From contig JBLNCT010000114.1 of NCBI GenBank assembly GCA_050260915.1, forward strand, positions 3,220 through 67,219: a DNA stretch of 64,000 bases, given 5' to 3'. A program made the position numbers and the translations under genes. The DNA is from Parcubacteria group bacterium (GTDB taxonomy: Bacteria; Pseudomonadota; Alphaproteobacteria; Caulobacterales; Caulobacteraceae). Shown piece after piece: positions 1-9,078 of this stretch (within the stretch, counting starts at the first letter, position 1; each line of letters opens with the position of its first letter). Under the pieces are notes generated by a model that searched no databases, was not told where the DNA came from, and was given only the letters and a program-made list of their open reading frames with translations.

Positions 1-161
1 GGCCCGAAGACGGTCTGAAGATCGAGATTTACGCCAAGAACGTCCTCGACAAGACCCCGATCACCGACGCCTTCCTGAACTCCGATGACAGCGCGCTGAC
101 GACGAACGTCTTCACCCTCGACCCGCGGCTGATCGGGCTGTCCATCAAGAAGGGATTCTAA
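1..161 (+). CDS. 3' end (partial) of a TonB-dependent receptor, paralog of those at 10149 and 15457
   Basis: Frame 3 reads PEDGLKIEIYAKNVLDKTPITDAFLNSDDSALTTNVFTLDPRLIGLSIKKGF* (TAA 159-161). This is nearly identical to the C-termini of the TBDRs ending at 13556 and 18849. Confidence 0.93.
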   Translation, partial: PEDGLKIEIYAKNVLDKTPITDAFLNSDDSALTTNVFTLDPRLIGLSIKKGF

Positions 162-168
162 CTTTCAC

Positions 169-270
169 TGTCAGCCCGGAAGCCGCGCCGGCGGCTATCC
201 GGGACCTAGGGGGCATATGCGGCCTCTGGGTCCCGGCTCTCCGCGGCTTCGCCGCTGCGGCCGGATGACG
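169..270. repeat. Palindromic intergenic repeat (GTCA..CCGG ... CCGGATGAC type)
   Basis: Imperfect terminal inverted repeats gtcagcccgg / ccggatgac and internal gggacc / ggtccc arms. Same architecture as 432-565 and 18863-18980. Confidence 0.6.
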
Positions 271-281
271 GGTTTGAGTTC

Positions 282-348
282 TCCGGCTTCGGTCCCCTTC
301 GAACCGGATTCACTGAGGCGGCGGGTAACCCCCGCCGCCTTTTTCTTT
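282..348 (+). ncRNA. Conserved TBDR 3' element copy 1: hairpin with GUCCCCUU loop plus intrinsic terminator (candidate 3'-UTR sRNA)
   Basis: tccggcttcg-gtcccctt-cgaaccgga, then aggcggcggg-taacc-cccgccgcct-ttttcttt. Homologous copies at 8388, 13724 and 18993. Confidence 0.55.
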
Positions 349-431
349 GCGAGACTCTGGAGACATGTAGAGGCGAGACATCGGCGCCTTTTCGGCCCTC
401 CAGCTATCCCGATTTATCCCAGCTCATCTCT

Positions 432-565
432 TCACCCGTCATCCTGGGCCTTGTGCCCAGGACCCAGAAACGCAGGCGGGCGGGAGCATGTCCCCGACCG
501 TCCCGCTTCGACCTGGAGCGCCGGTGCGTCTGGGTCCCAGGCACAAGGCCTGGGATGACGGGTGA
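432..565. repeat. Long palindromic intergenic repeat (REP/MITE-like)
   Basis: The ~35-nt arms tcacccgtcatcctgggccttgtgcccaggacccaga and tctgggtcccaggcacaaggcctgggatgacgggtga are near-perfect reverse complements. Confidence 0.8.
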
Positions 566-603
566 TTATCCGCTCTGCCTTTGCCACCCCCATACTGCGC
601 CCC

Positions 604-722
604 ATGACCGCCGCCGCCCGTATCCCCCTCCCCAAAGTTATCCCCCTCGCGCCTGCGTCCGTTCGCGTACGTTCGTGCGCGCAATACACCCGCCCCTCCG
701 CCCTCCCGCGCGCGAGCCGGAA
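604..722 (+). repeat. Duplicated ~110-bp intergenic segment, copy A (copy B at 19115-19222)
   Basis: Shares atgacc..tatcccc..cgtgcgc(g)caatac(a/g)cccgcccctccg..ccgcgcgcg with 19115-19222. Confidence 0.55.
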
Positions 723-766
723 CTCCCCGCTTCCTTGCGCCTTCCCACCCGCGCTAGGAGCGAGGG

Positions 767-2176
767 ATGAGCGCAGCGGCGGCGACCCATCAGGACGGCC
801 TCCCCATACCCCAGCGGTACTGGTCGGTGGCGGCGATCTGGCTGGCTATCACCATGGCCGTGCTGGACGGGGCCATCGCGAACGTGGCGCTGCCGACCAT
901 CGCCAACCAGCTGCATGCGACCGCCGCGGAGTCGATCTGGGTGGTCAATGCCTATCAGCTGGCGATCACCGTCTCGCTGCTGCCGCTGGCGGCGCTGGGC
1001 GACATCGTGGGCTACCGGCGGGTGTACCTGGTGGGGCTGGCGCTATTCACCCTGGCGTCCGGCGGCTGCGCCATGGCCCATACGCTGCATGAGCTGACCA
1101 TCGCGCGCGTGGTGCAGGGCGTCGGCGGCGCGGGGATCATGGCGATCAACGGGGCGCTGGTGCGCTTCACCTATCCCGCGCGGCTGCTGGGGCGGGGGAT
1201 AGGGCTGAATGCGGTGGTGGTGTCGCTGTCGGCGGCGCTGGGGCCGAGCATTGCGGCCGGCATCCTGAGCTTCGGCTCCTGGCCCTGGCTGTTCGCGGTG
1301 AATGTGCCCATCGGTGTGCTGACCATCCTGATCGGCTGGCGCTCGCTGCCCCTGACGCCCAGAGCCGACCGCCGGTTCGACTGGATCAGCGGCATTCTCA
1401 ATGCGCTGACCTTCGGCCTGCTGATTTACGGCGCCGAGAGCACCGCGCGGAACGCCGGTGGCACCGGCGTCTATGCGCTGGCCGGAGGCGCTGTGGCCGC
1501 CGTCCTGCTGCTGCGCCGCGAGCTTGGGATGAAGGCGCCGCTGGTTCCGCTCGACCTGATGCGGATCCCGATCTTCCGGCTGTCGGTCTTCACCTCCATC
1601 GTCTCGTTCGCGGCCCAGATGCTGGCCTTCGTGGCGCTGCCCTTCTTCTTCCAGAACATCCTGCACCGCAGTGTCGTGGAGACGGGCCTGCTGATGACCC
1701 CTTGGCCGCTGGCCGTCGGCGTCGCCGCGCCGATAGCAGGACGCCTGTCCGACCGTTTGCCAGTCGGGATTCTGGGGGCGGGGGGCCTGGCCGTCTTCGC
1801 CCTCGGCCTGGCGCTCCTCGCCCTGCTCCCGCCCAGCGCTGACAACGCGGAGGTCGTCTGGCGGATGATCGTCTGCGGCCTGGGCTTCGGCTTTTTCCAG
1901 TCGCCCAACAACCGCGCCATGATCTCCGCCGCCCCCCGCCACCGCAGCGGCGCGGCCGGCGGCATGCTGGCGACCGCGCGCCTGCTCGGCCAGACGACGG
2001 GCGCCACGACGATGGCCGTGCTCTTCCACCTGCTCGGCGTCGGCGCGACCCACACCGGCCTCGCCATAGCCTCCGGGCTCGCGGTCGGTGGAGCGCTGGT
2101 CAGCAGCCTGCGCCGCGGCCGCCGCGCCGTCGCCCCGCCCGAGCCGACAGGTCCGGAGGCCGCCGAACTGGGCTGA
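767..2176 (+). CDS. yebQ: MFS drug:H+ antiporter, DHA2 (14-TMS) family, YebQ-like
   Basis: DGLPIPQRY..MAVLDGAIANVALPTIA, FQSPNN and SGAAGGMLATARLLGQ motifs match E. coli YebQ as recalled; many hydrophobic helices. Confidence 0.85.
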   Translation: MSAAAATHQDGLPIPQRYWSVAAIWLAITMAVLDGAIANVALPTIANQLHATAAESIWVVNAYQLAITVSLLPLAALGDIVGYRRVYLVGLALFTLASGGCAMAHTLHELTIARVVQGVGGAGIMAINGALVRFTYPARLLGRGIGLNAVVVSLSAALGPSIAAGILSFGSWPWLFAVNVPIGVLTILIGWRSLPLTPRADRRFDWISGILNALTFGLLIYGAESTARNAGGTGVYALAGGAVAAVLLLRRELGMKAPLVPLDLMRIPIFRLSVFTSIVSFAAQMLAFVALPFFFQNILHRSVVETGLLMTPWPLAVGVAAPIAGRLSDRLPVGILGAGGLAVFALGLALLALLPPSADNAEVVWRMIVCGLGFGFFQSPNNRAMISAAPRHRSGAAGGMLATARLLGQTTGATTMAVLFHLLGVGATHTGLAIASGLAVGGALVSSLRRGRRAVAPPEPTGPEAAELG

Positions 2177-2198
2177 CTCGAAAAAAATCCTCGTCTCG

Positions 2199-2226
2199 GG
2201 GTGCATGATTTCCGCAAACTGCACTC
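2199..2226 (+). promoter_or_regulatory. Putative ECF-sigma-1 promoter (autoregulatory copy)
   Basis: gggtgcatgattt..c..aa...cactc is repeated with identical spacing at 3834-3861 upstream of TBDR1; preceded by an A-tract. Confidence 0.6.
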
Positions 2227-2281
2227 TGGCTGAGTAGGGGCGGAGTGTGTCGGCCCCCAAGCCAAAGGGGAGGGGGCGCGC

Positions 2282-2806
2282 GTGGCGCAGCCGCCGGACA
2301 GGGCGCAGGAGAAGGCTGCGGGTGTCGATCCCGCCGAGCTGCGCGTCTGGATGGAGCGCTATGGCCCGGGCCTTCGCCGCTATTTCGCCCGCCGCGTCCC
2401 GCCCGCCGAGGCGGAGGAGCTGGTGCAGGACGTCTTCCTCGCCATGCATGCGAGGAGCGCGGCCGAGCCCATCGACAACGTCCAGGGCTACCTCTTCCGC
2501 ATCGCCGCCAACCTGCTGTCGAAGCGCCACGAGGCGGGCGGCCACACGGGGCTGGACGAGGCGCCCGATATCGCCGAGGGCTTCTCCCCCGAGCGCATCC
2601 TCATCGGCCGGCAGGAGGCGAGCCGCGTGCTGATCGCCATCCGCAACCTGCCGCCCCGCACCCGCGAGGCCTTCGCCCTGCACCGGTTCGAGGACATGAC
2701 CTACGAGGCCATCGCGCGGCGCCTCGGCATTTCCGTCAGCGCTGTCTCGAAGCTGGTCGCCCGCGCGCTCGCCCACGTGACCGTCGAGCTGAGGCGCGCC
2801 CCATGA
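2282..2806 (+). CDS. ECF RNA polymerase sigma factor (FecI-like) #1
   Basis: AEELVQDVFL (region 2) and LPPRTREAFALHRFEDMTYEAIARRLGISVSAV (region 4). GTG start after a G-rich RBS. Confidence 0.93.
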   Translation: MAQPPDRAQEKAAGVDPAELRVWMERYGPGLRRYFARRVPPAEAEELVQDVFLAMHARSAAEPIDNVQGYLFRIAANLLSKRHEAGGHTGLDEAPDIAEGFSPERILIGRQEASRVLIAIRNLPPRTREAFALHRFEDMTYEAIARRLGISVSAVSKLVARALAHVTVELRRAP

Positions 2807-3843
2807 GCCGGCCCAACGACATCCCCCTGCTGATCGAGCACGCCGCCGACTGGTTCGCGCAGAAGCGCTCCGGCCGGATGACGGCCGAGGAACTGCAGGC
2901 GCTGCACGCCTGGCTCAACGACAGCCCCGAACATGCCGCCGCCTATCATGAAGTCGCCGGCGCCTGGGATGTGGCCGGCGCGGTGCGCTCCGATCCGGAG
3001 ATCCTCCAGGTCCGCGAACGGGCGCGCCGAGAGCGGCCGCGCGGCTGGACGGCGGCGGTTGCGGCGTCTGTCGCCGTGGCGGTCCTGGGCAGTTGGTCGG
3101 CGCTGGGAGTGGGCGGCTATGTGCCGGCGCCCCTGATCCTGACGGGAGGAGAGCAGACCTTCCGCACCGGGGTTGGCCAGACCGCGACTGTGCGGCTGCA
3201 GGACGGCTCCCTGATTACCCTCGACACGGACTCGGTGGTCCGGGCGAAGGAGACAGACCATCGGCGCATGCTGTGGCTCGCCAAGGGCCAGGCCTTCTTC
3301 AAGGTCGCCCACGACAAGAGCCGCCCCTTCACGGTGGCCGCCGGCGACAAATTGGTCACCGCGACCGGCACCGCGTTTTCCGTGCGGCTGGACCGCAAGG
3401 CCGTGGAGGTGACGCTGGTCGAGGGTCACGTGCGCGTCGAGGAAACCGCGCCCGATGTTGCGCTCCCGTCGAAGAAGCCGCGCTTCACGGAGGCGACGGA
3501 AATGCAGGCGGGCTCGAAATTGGTGGCCGCGCAGGACCGCAACTGGACGCTCGACAAGGTCGACTCGAAAAAGGCCGTCAGCTGGATGGACGGCGAACTC
3601 ATCTTCGAGGATCGCCCGCTCGTCGAGGCCGCGGCGGAACTCAACCGGTATTCGTCAAAGAAAATCGTAATCCGCGACCCCGTCATAGCCAATTCGCCGA
3701 TCGTCAGTGTTGTAAAGGCCGGCGACGTGGAAGGTTTCGTCCGCGTGGTGACGACGGCCGGCTTTGCGCGCGTGGTTTCCGACAACGACCGCGAGGTCGA
3801 ACTCGCCGCTCCCGAAGAAAATTCGGCGGGGGCGGGTGCATGA
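2803..3843 (+). CDS. FecR-family anti-sigma / transmembrane sensor #1
   Basis: Start reassigned to ATG 2803 (ATGA overlap with the sigma stop). AADWF..WL..SPEHAAAY N-terminal domain, a TM helix, LQDGSLITLDTDS and W.DGELIFED.PL..AAAELNRY FecR motifs. Confidence 0.92.
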   Translation: MSRPNDIPLLIEHAADWFAQKRSGRMTAEELQALHAWLNDSPEHAAAYHEVAGAWDVAGAVRSDPEILQVRERARRERPRGWTAAVAASVAVAVLGSWSALGVGGYVPAPLILTGGEQTFRTGVGQTATVRLQDGSLITLDTDSVVRAKETDHRRMLWLAKGQAFFKVAHDKSRPFTVAAGDKLVTATGTAFSVRLDRKAVEVTLVEGHVRVEETAPDVALPSKKPRFTEATEMQAGSKLVAAQDRNWTLDKVDSKKAVSWMDGELIFEDRPLVEAAAELNRYSSKKIVIRDPVIANSPIVSVVKAGDVEGFVRVVTTAGFARVVSDNDREVELAAPEENSAGAGA

Positions 3844-3861
3844 TTTTTCAGAACCCCACTC
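3834..3861 (+). promoter_or_regulatory. Putative ECF-sigma-1 promoter upstream of TBDR1
   Basis: Same motif and spacing as 2199-2226; overlaps the FecR1 stop codon. Confidence 0.6.
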
Positions 3862-3912
3862 ATGTAAATCAAGGGGAGTGTGTTGCTCCCCAAAGAATTG
3901 GGGGAGGTCCAA

Positions 3913-6900
3913 GTGACAAAGAGGGGAATGAAGCGGCACGCGCTGCTGCTGTGCGGGGCTGCGTCTATTGCGCTGGCCACGGCGGGATTTGCCGAAGCGG
4001 CTGAGGCCGCGCAGTTCGACATCCCGGCCCAGCCGCTGTCCACCGCGCTCGCCCAGTTCGGCGTGCAGAGCCAGCATGGCGTTTTTGCCGATTCCGCGCT
4101 TACCAGCACCCGGATGACCCAAGGCGTCTCCGGCGAGAAAGACGCGGAACTCGCCCTGAACGAACTCCTTGCCGGCACCGGGCTTTCATGGCGACGCGAC
4201 GGCCAGTCCTTCGTCATCGTGAGGGCCTCCGACCCCCAGTCCGGAAGCGCCGCGGGGGACGGCGCTGACGGAACCGTCGCCGCCCTGGTGGTCACCGCGC
4301 AAAAGCGCGAAGAAAATATCCAGGACGTGCCGATCGCTATGTCGGCGTTCACGCAGGAAGACCTGACGCGCAGCCAAGTCGCCGGCGGCCCCGACCTGAT
4401 GACCCAGGTCCCGAATTTCACCTTCACCAAGACCAACTTCACCGGCTATTCGATCCAGATTCGAGGGATCGGCACGCAGGCCATTTCGGCCACGACGGAT
4501 GCGGCCGTGGCCGTCGCGTTCAACAACACGCCCTTCATCCGTAACCGCTTCTTCGAGCAGGAATTCTACGACCTTCAGCGCGTCGAGGTGCTGCGCGGTC
4601 CGCAGGGGACGCTCTACGGCCGCAATGCGACGGCCGGCGTCGTGAACCTGATCTCGCAGAAGCCGAAGTTCAGCTACGAGGCCAGAGCCTCGCTGGACGT
4701 CAGCAACTACAGCAGCCACCGTCTCGAGGGCATGATCAACATGCCGTTGGTCGAGGACAAGGTCGCCCTGCGCATCGCCGGCGCCTGGACCAAGCGCGAC
4801 GGCTACGACACCAATCAGATCACGGGCAATCAGATCGACGGCCGCGATCTGTGGTCCACGCGTGTCTCGCTGCGTGTCGAGCCGACCGATTTCATCCACG
4901 CCAACCTGATCTGGGAACACTTCCAGGAAAACGACGACCGCCTGCGCTCGGGCAAGCAGCTCTGTAACACGCACGAAGTCACCGAGGTCGCGGGGTTTGA
5001 GACGACGCACTACCAGACCTTACCCGAAGTCGGGCAACCGCTGCTCGGCGCGGGTGTGCAGGCCTCGTTCAGCCAGGGCTGTCTTCCGGCCTCGCTTTAT
5101 GCGCCGGAGTCGTTCCAGACGCCGAATGGCCTGACGCTGCCCTACTATGCGCCGCTCAGCGCAATCGGCCTGCCGGTGTCCGGCGGCTCCTTCGATTTCG
5201 TGGACCCATACGTCAGCCGCACGCAGTCGCATGACCTGCGCACCATCGAGTCGACGGTCGACCCGGACTATCGCGCCAAGACCGACGTGGCCGAACTGCA
5301 GGTCAGCTTCGACCTTGCACACGACCTGACGCTGGCCTCGGAGACGGCCTACCTGGCGGACCGCGTCTTCTCGATGGAGGACTACAACCGCTTCAACACA
5401 GCGCCGGGCGTCTGGGAGAGGCCAGAGGATACCCCGCCATGGATCCACTATCGTGAAGGCGTGCTCCTGCACGGCGACCAAGGCGGCGTCTTCTGCGACC
5501 CGCAGGTCGGCTGCTCCGACCGCCTCGTCGCGGTCGACCTGTCGACCGCCAACTCGCGGCAGTTCAGCCAGGAATTCCGCCTGTCGTCGAATTATGCGGG
5601 CGCGTTCAACTTAAGCCTCGGCGCCAATTTCCTGCGCTACGACACCGATGAAAAATACTACGTTTTCATCAATAGCCTGACCCTGATTGCCGCCCTTTCG
5701 ACGAACGGCTTCGGGACGATGACGCCGTATCAGGCGGGCGTCAGCGATAACGCGGAGTGCATGAGGAACGGCGCCGAGCCGCCTGATCCCAACGCCATCG
5801 CCGATATCGGCTACTGCACCGCCATCGATCCGAACCCGATCGGCAGCCTGAACGACCTTGGCCACAACTACTTCCTGTCGAAGAACCCCTACAAGCTGAT
5901 CTCCTACGCGGTCTTCGGCGAAGCCTATTACGACCTCACGGCCAACCTGAAGCTGACCGCGGGCCTGCGCTGGACGGTGGACAAGAAGGAAGCGCCGAGC
6001 ATTCCGAGTTGGGTCGTCGCGTCGAAGTCCGTCGGCTATCCGGTGGAAGAGGTGATCCGGCAGACATGGCGGGAGCCCACCGGCCGCCTTACGCTGGACT
6101 GGAAGCCTGACCTGTCGTTCACCGACGACACGCTGGTCTACGCCTCCCTGGCTCACGGCTACAAGGCGGGCGGCGCCAACCCGCCGCCGACCGGACCGGT
6201 GGCCTATTGCAGCAACTGCGGGGAAAACCTCGACGTCTCGAACGCCAAGGTCTCCGCGTCGCACCCGAAGACCTTCGACCCGGAGTATGTCAACGCTCTG
6301 GAGATCGGATCGAAGAACACGCTGCTCGACGGCCGCCTGACCCTGAACGGCGATTTGTTCTACTATGACTATACCGGCTACCAGATTTCCCAGATCGTCG
6401 ACCGCTCGGCGGTAAACCTGAACATCGACGCCAGGGTCTGGGGCGCCGAGCTGGAAGCCGACTGGCGGCCCAGCGAGAACCTGCGGCTGGGCTTCAAGGG
6501 CGGATACGAGAACACCCGCATCGCCGACGGCATGAAAGCCATCGACCTGATGGACCGCACCGCCGGGCACGAGGGCTGGATCGTCGTCCGGCCGTTCCCG
6601 ACCTTCACCTCCAACTGCATCATGCCGGCCGAGCTCTTCGTCGGCACGGGCGTCCTCAACGGCGGCGGCGGCCCTGATCCGCACCTGATCAACCTGGGCG
6701 GCAAGGGCGGCGGCAATCCGGGGCCGTGCGAGATTGCCTATTCCCTGGGCCACGACCCGGTGACCGATGCGCCTTACGTCGACCTGACGACCGTGCCTGG
6801 CCCGGTGACGGAAGGTTACCTCAGCACACTGATCAATCACCCCGACTACAAGGGCTGGAACCCCGCCTGGGCGCCCAACAACGGCGAAGGCTTCGACAAG

Positions 6901-8385
6901 GACCTGTCCGGCAACGCCCTGCCGAACGCGCCGAAGTTCACGGCGACGGTGACGGCTGATTACACCGTGCCGCTGCCGCACGACTGGCTGGTCACGCTGC
7001 ACAGCGACTTCTACTACCAGTCGGAAGCCTGGACCCGGATCTTCAACACGCCGGGCTACGACAAGCTCAAGGCCTATACCAACGTGAACCTGGCCGCGAT
7101 CTTCTCCAACGAAGACGCCGGCTGGAGGGTCATGGCCTACGTCAAGAACGTCTTCGACCATGACGCGATAACCGGCGCCTTCCTGAACTCCGACGACACG
7201 GGCCTGACCACCAACGTGTTCCTGAACGAGCCCAGGCTCTTTGGCCTGCGGGTCACGAAGGAGTGGACGGGCCAGGGCTGGTGGACCGGCGCCAACCCCA
7301 ACCATACCGGCCCATATCCCTTCACCATCGAAGTCGGCGGTCAGGTCCAGCGGCAGGACGCTGCGTATTCGGTCGGCGCGCCAGGGTTCGCGAACGCGTT
7401 CTCGGACACTCTGGACATCTTCGCCGCCCCGCAGAACCGCGACCTCGATTGGGGTGACGGGCGGGAGCTGAAGCTGACCTACCGACCGAACGGCAGCCCC
7501 TGGAGCCTGTCGGCCGGCATGCGTTACGGCCGCACCAACACCGGAACGACGCGGCTCCATGCGCTGGAGAGCTCCGGTCCCGCGCAATGCGCCTTCCCGA
7601 CCACCGGGCCGTTCGCGTCGTTCGGCCGGCGGTTCTGCGATCCGACCTACGTCTACGGCAGTTATCCCGCCGGTTATTTCTACAGCAGCTTCGCGCTGCG
7701 GTCGGCGACCAACGTGGCGGACGCCTCGGCGCGGTCGCACGAGGAGCACTACCTCGGCGACTTCGAGGTCGGCCGGGACGTGGGGCTCGGCCTCCTGGGC
7801 CAAGGCCGCTCTTCGGTCGAGGGCGGGCTGCGCTATGCCGACTTCAAGTCCTCCACCGCGTCGTCGATGAGCGGCATCCCGAATTCGACGGTGCCGGACG
7901 CCTGGATCTTCAAGTACGCCAGCCTCGACCGTTACAGCGCCGCGATCCAGGCGGATCGTGAATTCAAGGGCGCCGGGCCAATGGTCGCCTGGGACGCGGG
8001 CAAGGCGCTGTGGAGCGATGGCGGCGCGGGGCACGTTGACCTCGACTGGCGCATCGGCGGCGGCGTGTTGTTCGGCAAACAACACACGACGATCGCCGGC
8101 GAGCAGACGGCCGCCCATTACTACGGCCGCTTTGTTTACGGCCCGCCGCGGCTAGGCGAGCCGGTGACGACGCCGATAAACATCGCGCGGGACCAGTCCG
8201 CGACCGTCCCCGTCCTAGACCTCTCCCTCGGCCTCTCCTACGAGATCGAGCGCATCAAGGTCGGCGCCGGCTACCGTTGGGAGCGCTACTACAACGTCCT
8301 CGACGCCGGCTACGCGGAACACAAGTCGTACGACCGCACCATCGACGGGCCGTACTTCAAGATCGCCGTCGGCTTCGGCGGCTGA
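3913..8385 (+). CDS. TonB-dependent receptor #1 with N-terminal STN signalling domain and an extra ~370-aa C-terminal beta-barrel-like domain
   Basis: Signal peptide, STN (FDIPAQPLSTAL), TonB box region VVTAQKREE, plug motif VEVLRGPQGTLYGRNATAG; barrel end homologous to the paralogs at ~7266. Start GTG 3913 chosen for RBS ggggagg (ORF track start 3880). Confidence 0.93.
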   Translation: MTKRGMKRHALLLCGAASIALATAGFAEAAEAAQFDIPAQPLSTALAQFGVQSQHGVFADSALTSTRMTQGVSGEKDAELALNELLAGTGLSWRRDGQSFVIVRASDPQSGSAAGDGADGTVAALVVTAQKREENIQDVPIAMSAFTQEDLTRSQVAGGPDLMTQVPNFTFTKTNFTGYSIQIRGIGTQAISATTDAAVAVAFNNTPFIRNRFFEQEFYDLQRVEVLRGPQGTLYGRNATAGVVNLISQKPKFSYEARASLDVSNYSSHRLEGMINMPLVEDKVALRIAGAWTKRDGYDTNQITGNQIDGRDLWSTRVSLRVEPTDFIHANLIWEHFQENDDRLRSGKQLCNTHEVTEVAGFETTHYQTLPEVGQPLLGAGVQASFSQGCLPASLYAPESFQTPNGLTLPYYAPLSAIGLPVSGGSFDFVDPYVSRTQSHDLRTIESTVDPDYRAKTDVAELQVSFDLAHDLTLASETAYLADRVFSMEDYNRFNTAPGVWERPEDTPPWIHYREGVLLHGDQGGVFCDPQVGCSDRLVAVDLSTANSRQFSQEFRLSSNYAGAFNLSLGANFLRYDTDEKYYVFINSLTLIAALSTNGFGTMTPYQAGVSDNAECMRNGAEPPDPNAIADIGYCTAIDPNPIGSLNDLGHNYFLSKNPYKLISYAVFGEAYYDLTANLKLTAGLRWTVDKKEAPSIPSWVVASKSVGYPVEEVIRQTWREPTGRLTLDWKPDLSFTDDTLVYASLAHGYKAGGANPPPTGPVAYCSNCGENLDVSNAKVSASHPKTFDPEYVNALEIGSKNTLLDGRLTLNGDLFYYDYTGYQISQIVDRSAVNLNIDARVWGAELEADWRPSENLRLGFKGGYENTRIADGMKAIDLMDRTAGHEGWIVVRPFPTFTSNCIMPAELFVGTGVLNGGGGPDPHLINLGGKGGGNPGPCEIAYSLGHDPVTDAPYVDLTTVPGPVTEGYLSTLINHPDYKGWNPAWAPNNGEGFDKDLSGNALPNAPKFTATVTADYTVPLPHDWLVTLHSDFYYQSEAWTRIFNTPGYDKLKAYTNVNLAAIFSNEDAGWRVMAYVKNVFDHDAITGAFLNSDDTGLTTNVFLNEPRLFGLRVTKEWTGQGWWTGANPNHTGPYPFTIEVGGQVQRQDAAYSVGAPGFANAFSDTLDIFAAPQNRDLDWGDGRELKLTYRPNGSPWSLSAGMRYGRTNTGTTRLHALESSGPAQCAFPTTGPFASFGRRFCDPTYVYGSYPAGYFYSSFALRSATNVADASARSHEEHYLGDFEVGRDVGLGLLGQGRSSVEGGLRYADFKSSTASSMSGIPNSTVPDAWIFKYASLDRYSAAIQADREFKGAGPMVAWDAGKALWSDGGAGHVDLDWRIGGGVLFGKQHTTIAGEQTAAHYYGRFVYGPPRLGEPVTTPINIARDQSATVPVLDLSLGLSYEIERIKVGAGYRWERYYNVLDAGYAEHKSYDRTIDGPYFKIAVGFGG

Positions 8386-8387
8386 CA

Positions 8388-8457
8388 CCCCGGTCCCCTC
8401 TGAACCGGAACAACCTGAGAGGCGGCGTCTCCCCCGGGCGCCGCCTCGAATTTTTTT
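8388..8457 (+). ncRNA. Conserved TBDR 3' element copy 2 (degenerate) plus terminator
   Basis: ccggtcccctctgaaccgga, then gaggcggcg-tctcccccggg-cgccgcctc-gaattttttt. Confidence 0.45.
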
Positions 8458-8465
8458 CACCCCCC

Positions 8466-8499
8466 CCGACCTGTAGGGTTCGCGCCCTCTTGCGTCAGT
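8466..8499 (+). promoter_or_regulatory. Putative ECF-sigma-2 promoter (autoregulatory copy)
   Basis: CCGACCTGTAGGG..CGCGCC..TTGCGTCnGT, repeated with the same 34-nt length at 10069-10102. Confidence 0.65.
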
Positions 8500-8541
8500 A
8501 CAAACGGTGGAGTGTCATTTCCGCCGTCGAAGGGGGCCCCA

Positions 8542-9078
8542 GTGGCGCAGCCGCCGCATCCGTCCAGCATGGCGCAAGCGGTCATCCGCGAGGAGGACCT
8601 GCGCGCCTGGATGGTCGAGTACGGGCCCGCGCTGCGCCGGTACTTCGAGCGCCGCGTCGGCGCCGCCGAGGCGGAGGACCTGGTGCAGGACGTCTTCCTC
8701 CACCTCCAGGCCCGCGCCGTCGGCGGGGCGGTGGACAACGTGGAGCGCTACCTCTTCCGCATCGCCGGCAACGTGCTGGTCAGCCGCCACCGGCACCGCA
8801 ACGCCCGCGGCTTTCCCCTCACCGATGCGCTGGACGAGGCGCTCGAGCCCGTCGAAACCATCGCCGCCGAGCGCGTGCTGATCGGCAAGCAGGACGTCGC
8901 CCGCGTCATCGCCGCCATGCAGGCCCTGCCGCCCCGCACGCGCGAGGCCTTCATCTTCCACCGCTTCAACGAGATGACCTATCCCGCCATCGCGCGCCGC
9001 ATGGGCATCTCGGTCAGCGCCGTCGGCCAGCTGATCGCGCGTGCGCTGGAAAAGCTGACCGAGGAGACCTGCGCATGA
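8542..9078 (+). CDS. ECF sigma factor (FecI-like) #2
   Basis: AEDLVQDVFL and LPPRTREAFIFHRFNEMTYPAIARRMGISVSAV. GTG 8542 gives the same MAQPP start as sigma #1 (ORF track 8512). Confidence 0.93.
   Translation: MAQPPHPSSMAQAVIREEDLRAWMVEYGPALRRYFERRVGAAEAEDLVQDVFLHLQARAVGGAVDNVERYLFRIAGNVLVSRHRHRNARGFPLTDALDEALEPVETIAAERVLIGKQDVARVIAAMQALPPRTREAFIFHRFNEMTYPAIARRMGISVSAVGQLIARALEKLTEETCA

Noticed and set aside
350-430. Short gagac and tatccc repeats that might be recombinase arm sites
   Set aside because: Only 5-6 nt, irregular spacing, and no recombinase or att context.
1043-2776. 577-aa minus-strand ORF and similar long alternative-frame ORFs (5611-8118 -, 23976-25583 +, 28065-29897 +, 33189-34349 +, 41832-43202 -, 60807-62408 +)
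   Set aside because: They shadow well-supported genes on the other strand or frame, lack motifs, and have the Arg/Gly/Ala-rich composition expected from stop-poor GC-rich DNA.
2245-2802. N-terminal extensions of the FecR ORFs (2245.., 8277..) and of PhyH, DarT, MsrC and AbiEii in the ORF track
   Set aside because: They overlap upstream genes in another frame. Coupled ATGA starts or RBS-supported internal starts give family-typical lengths.
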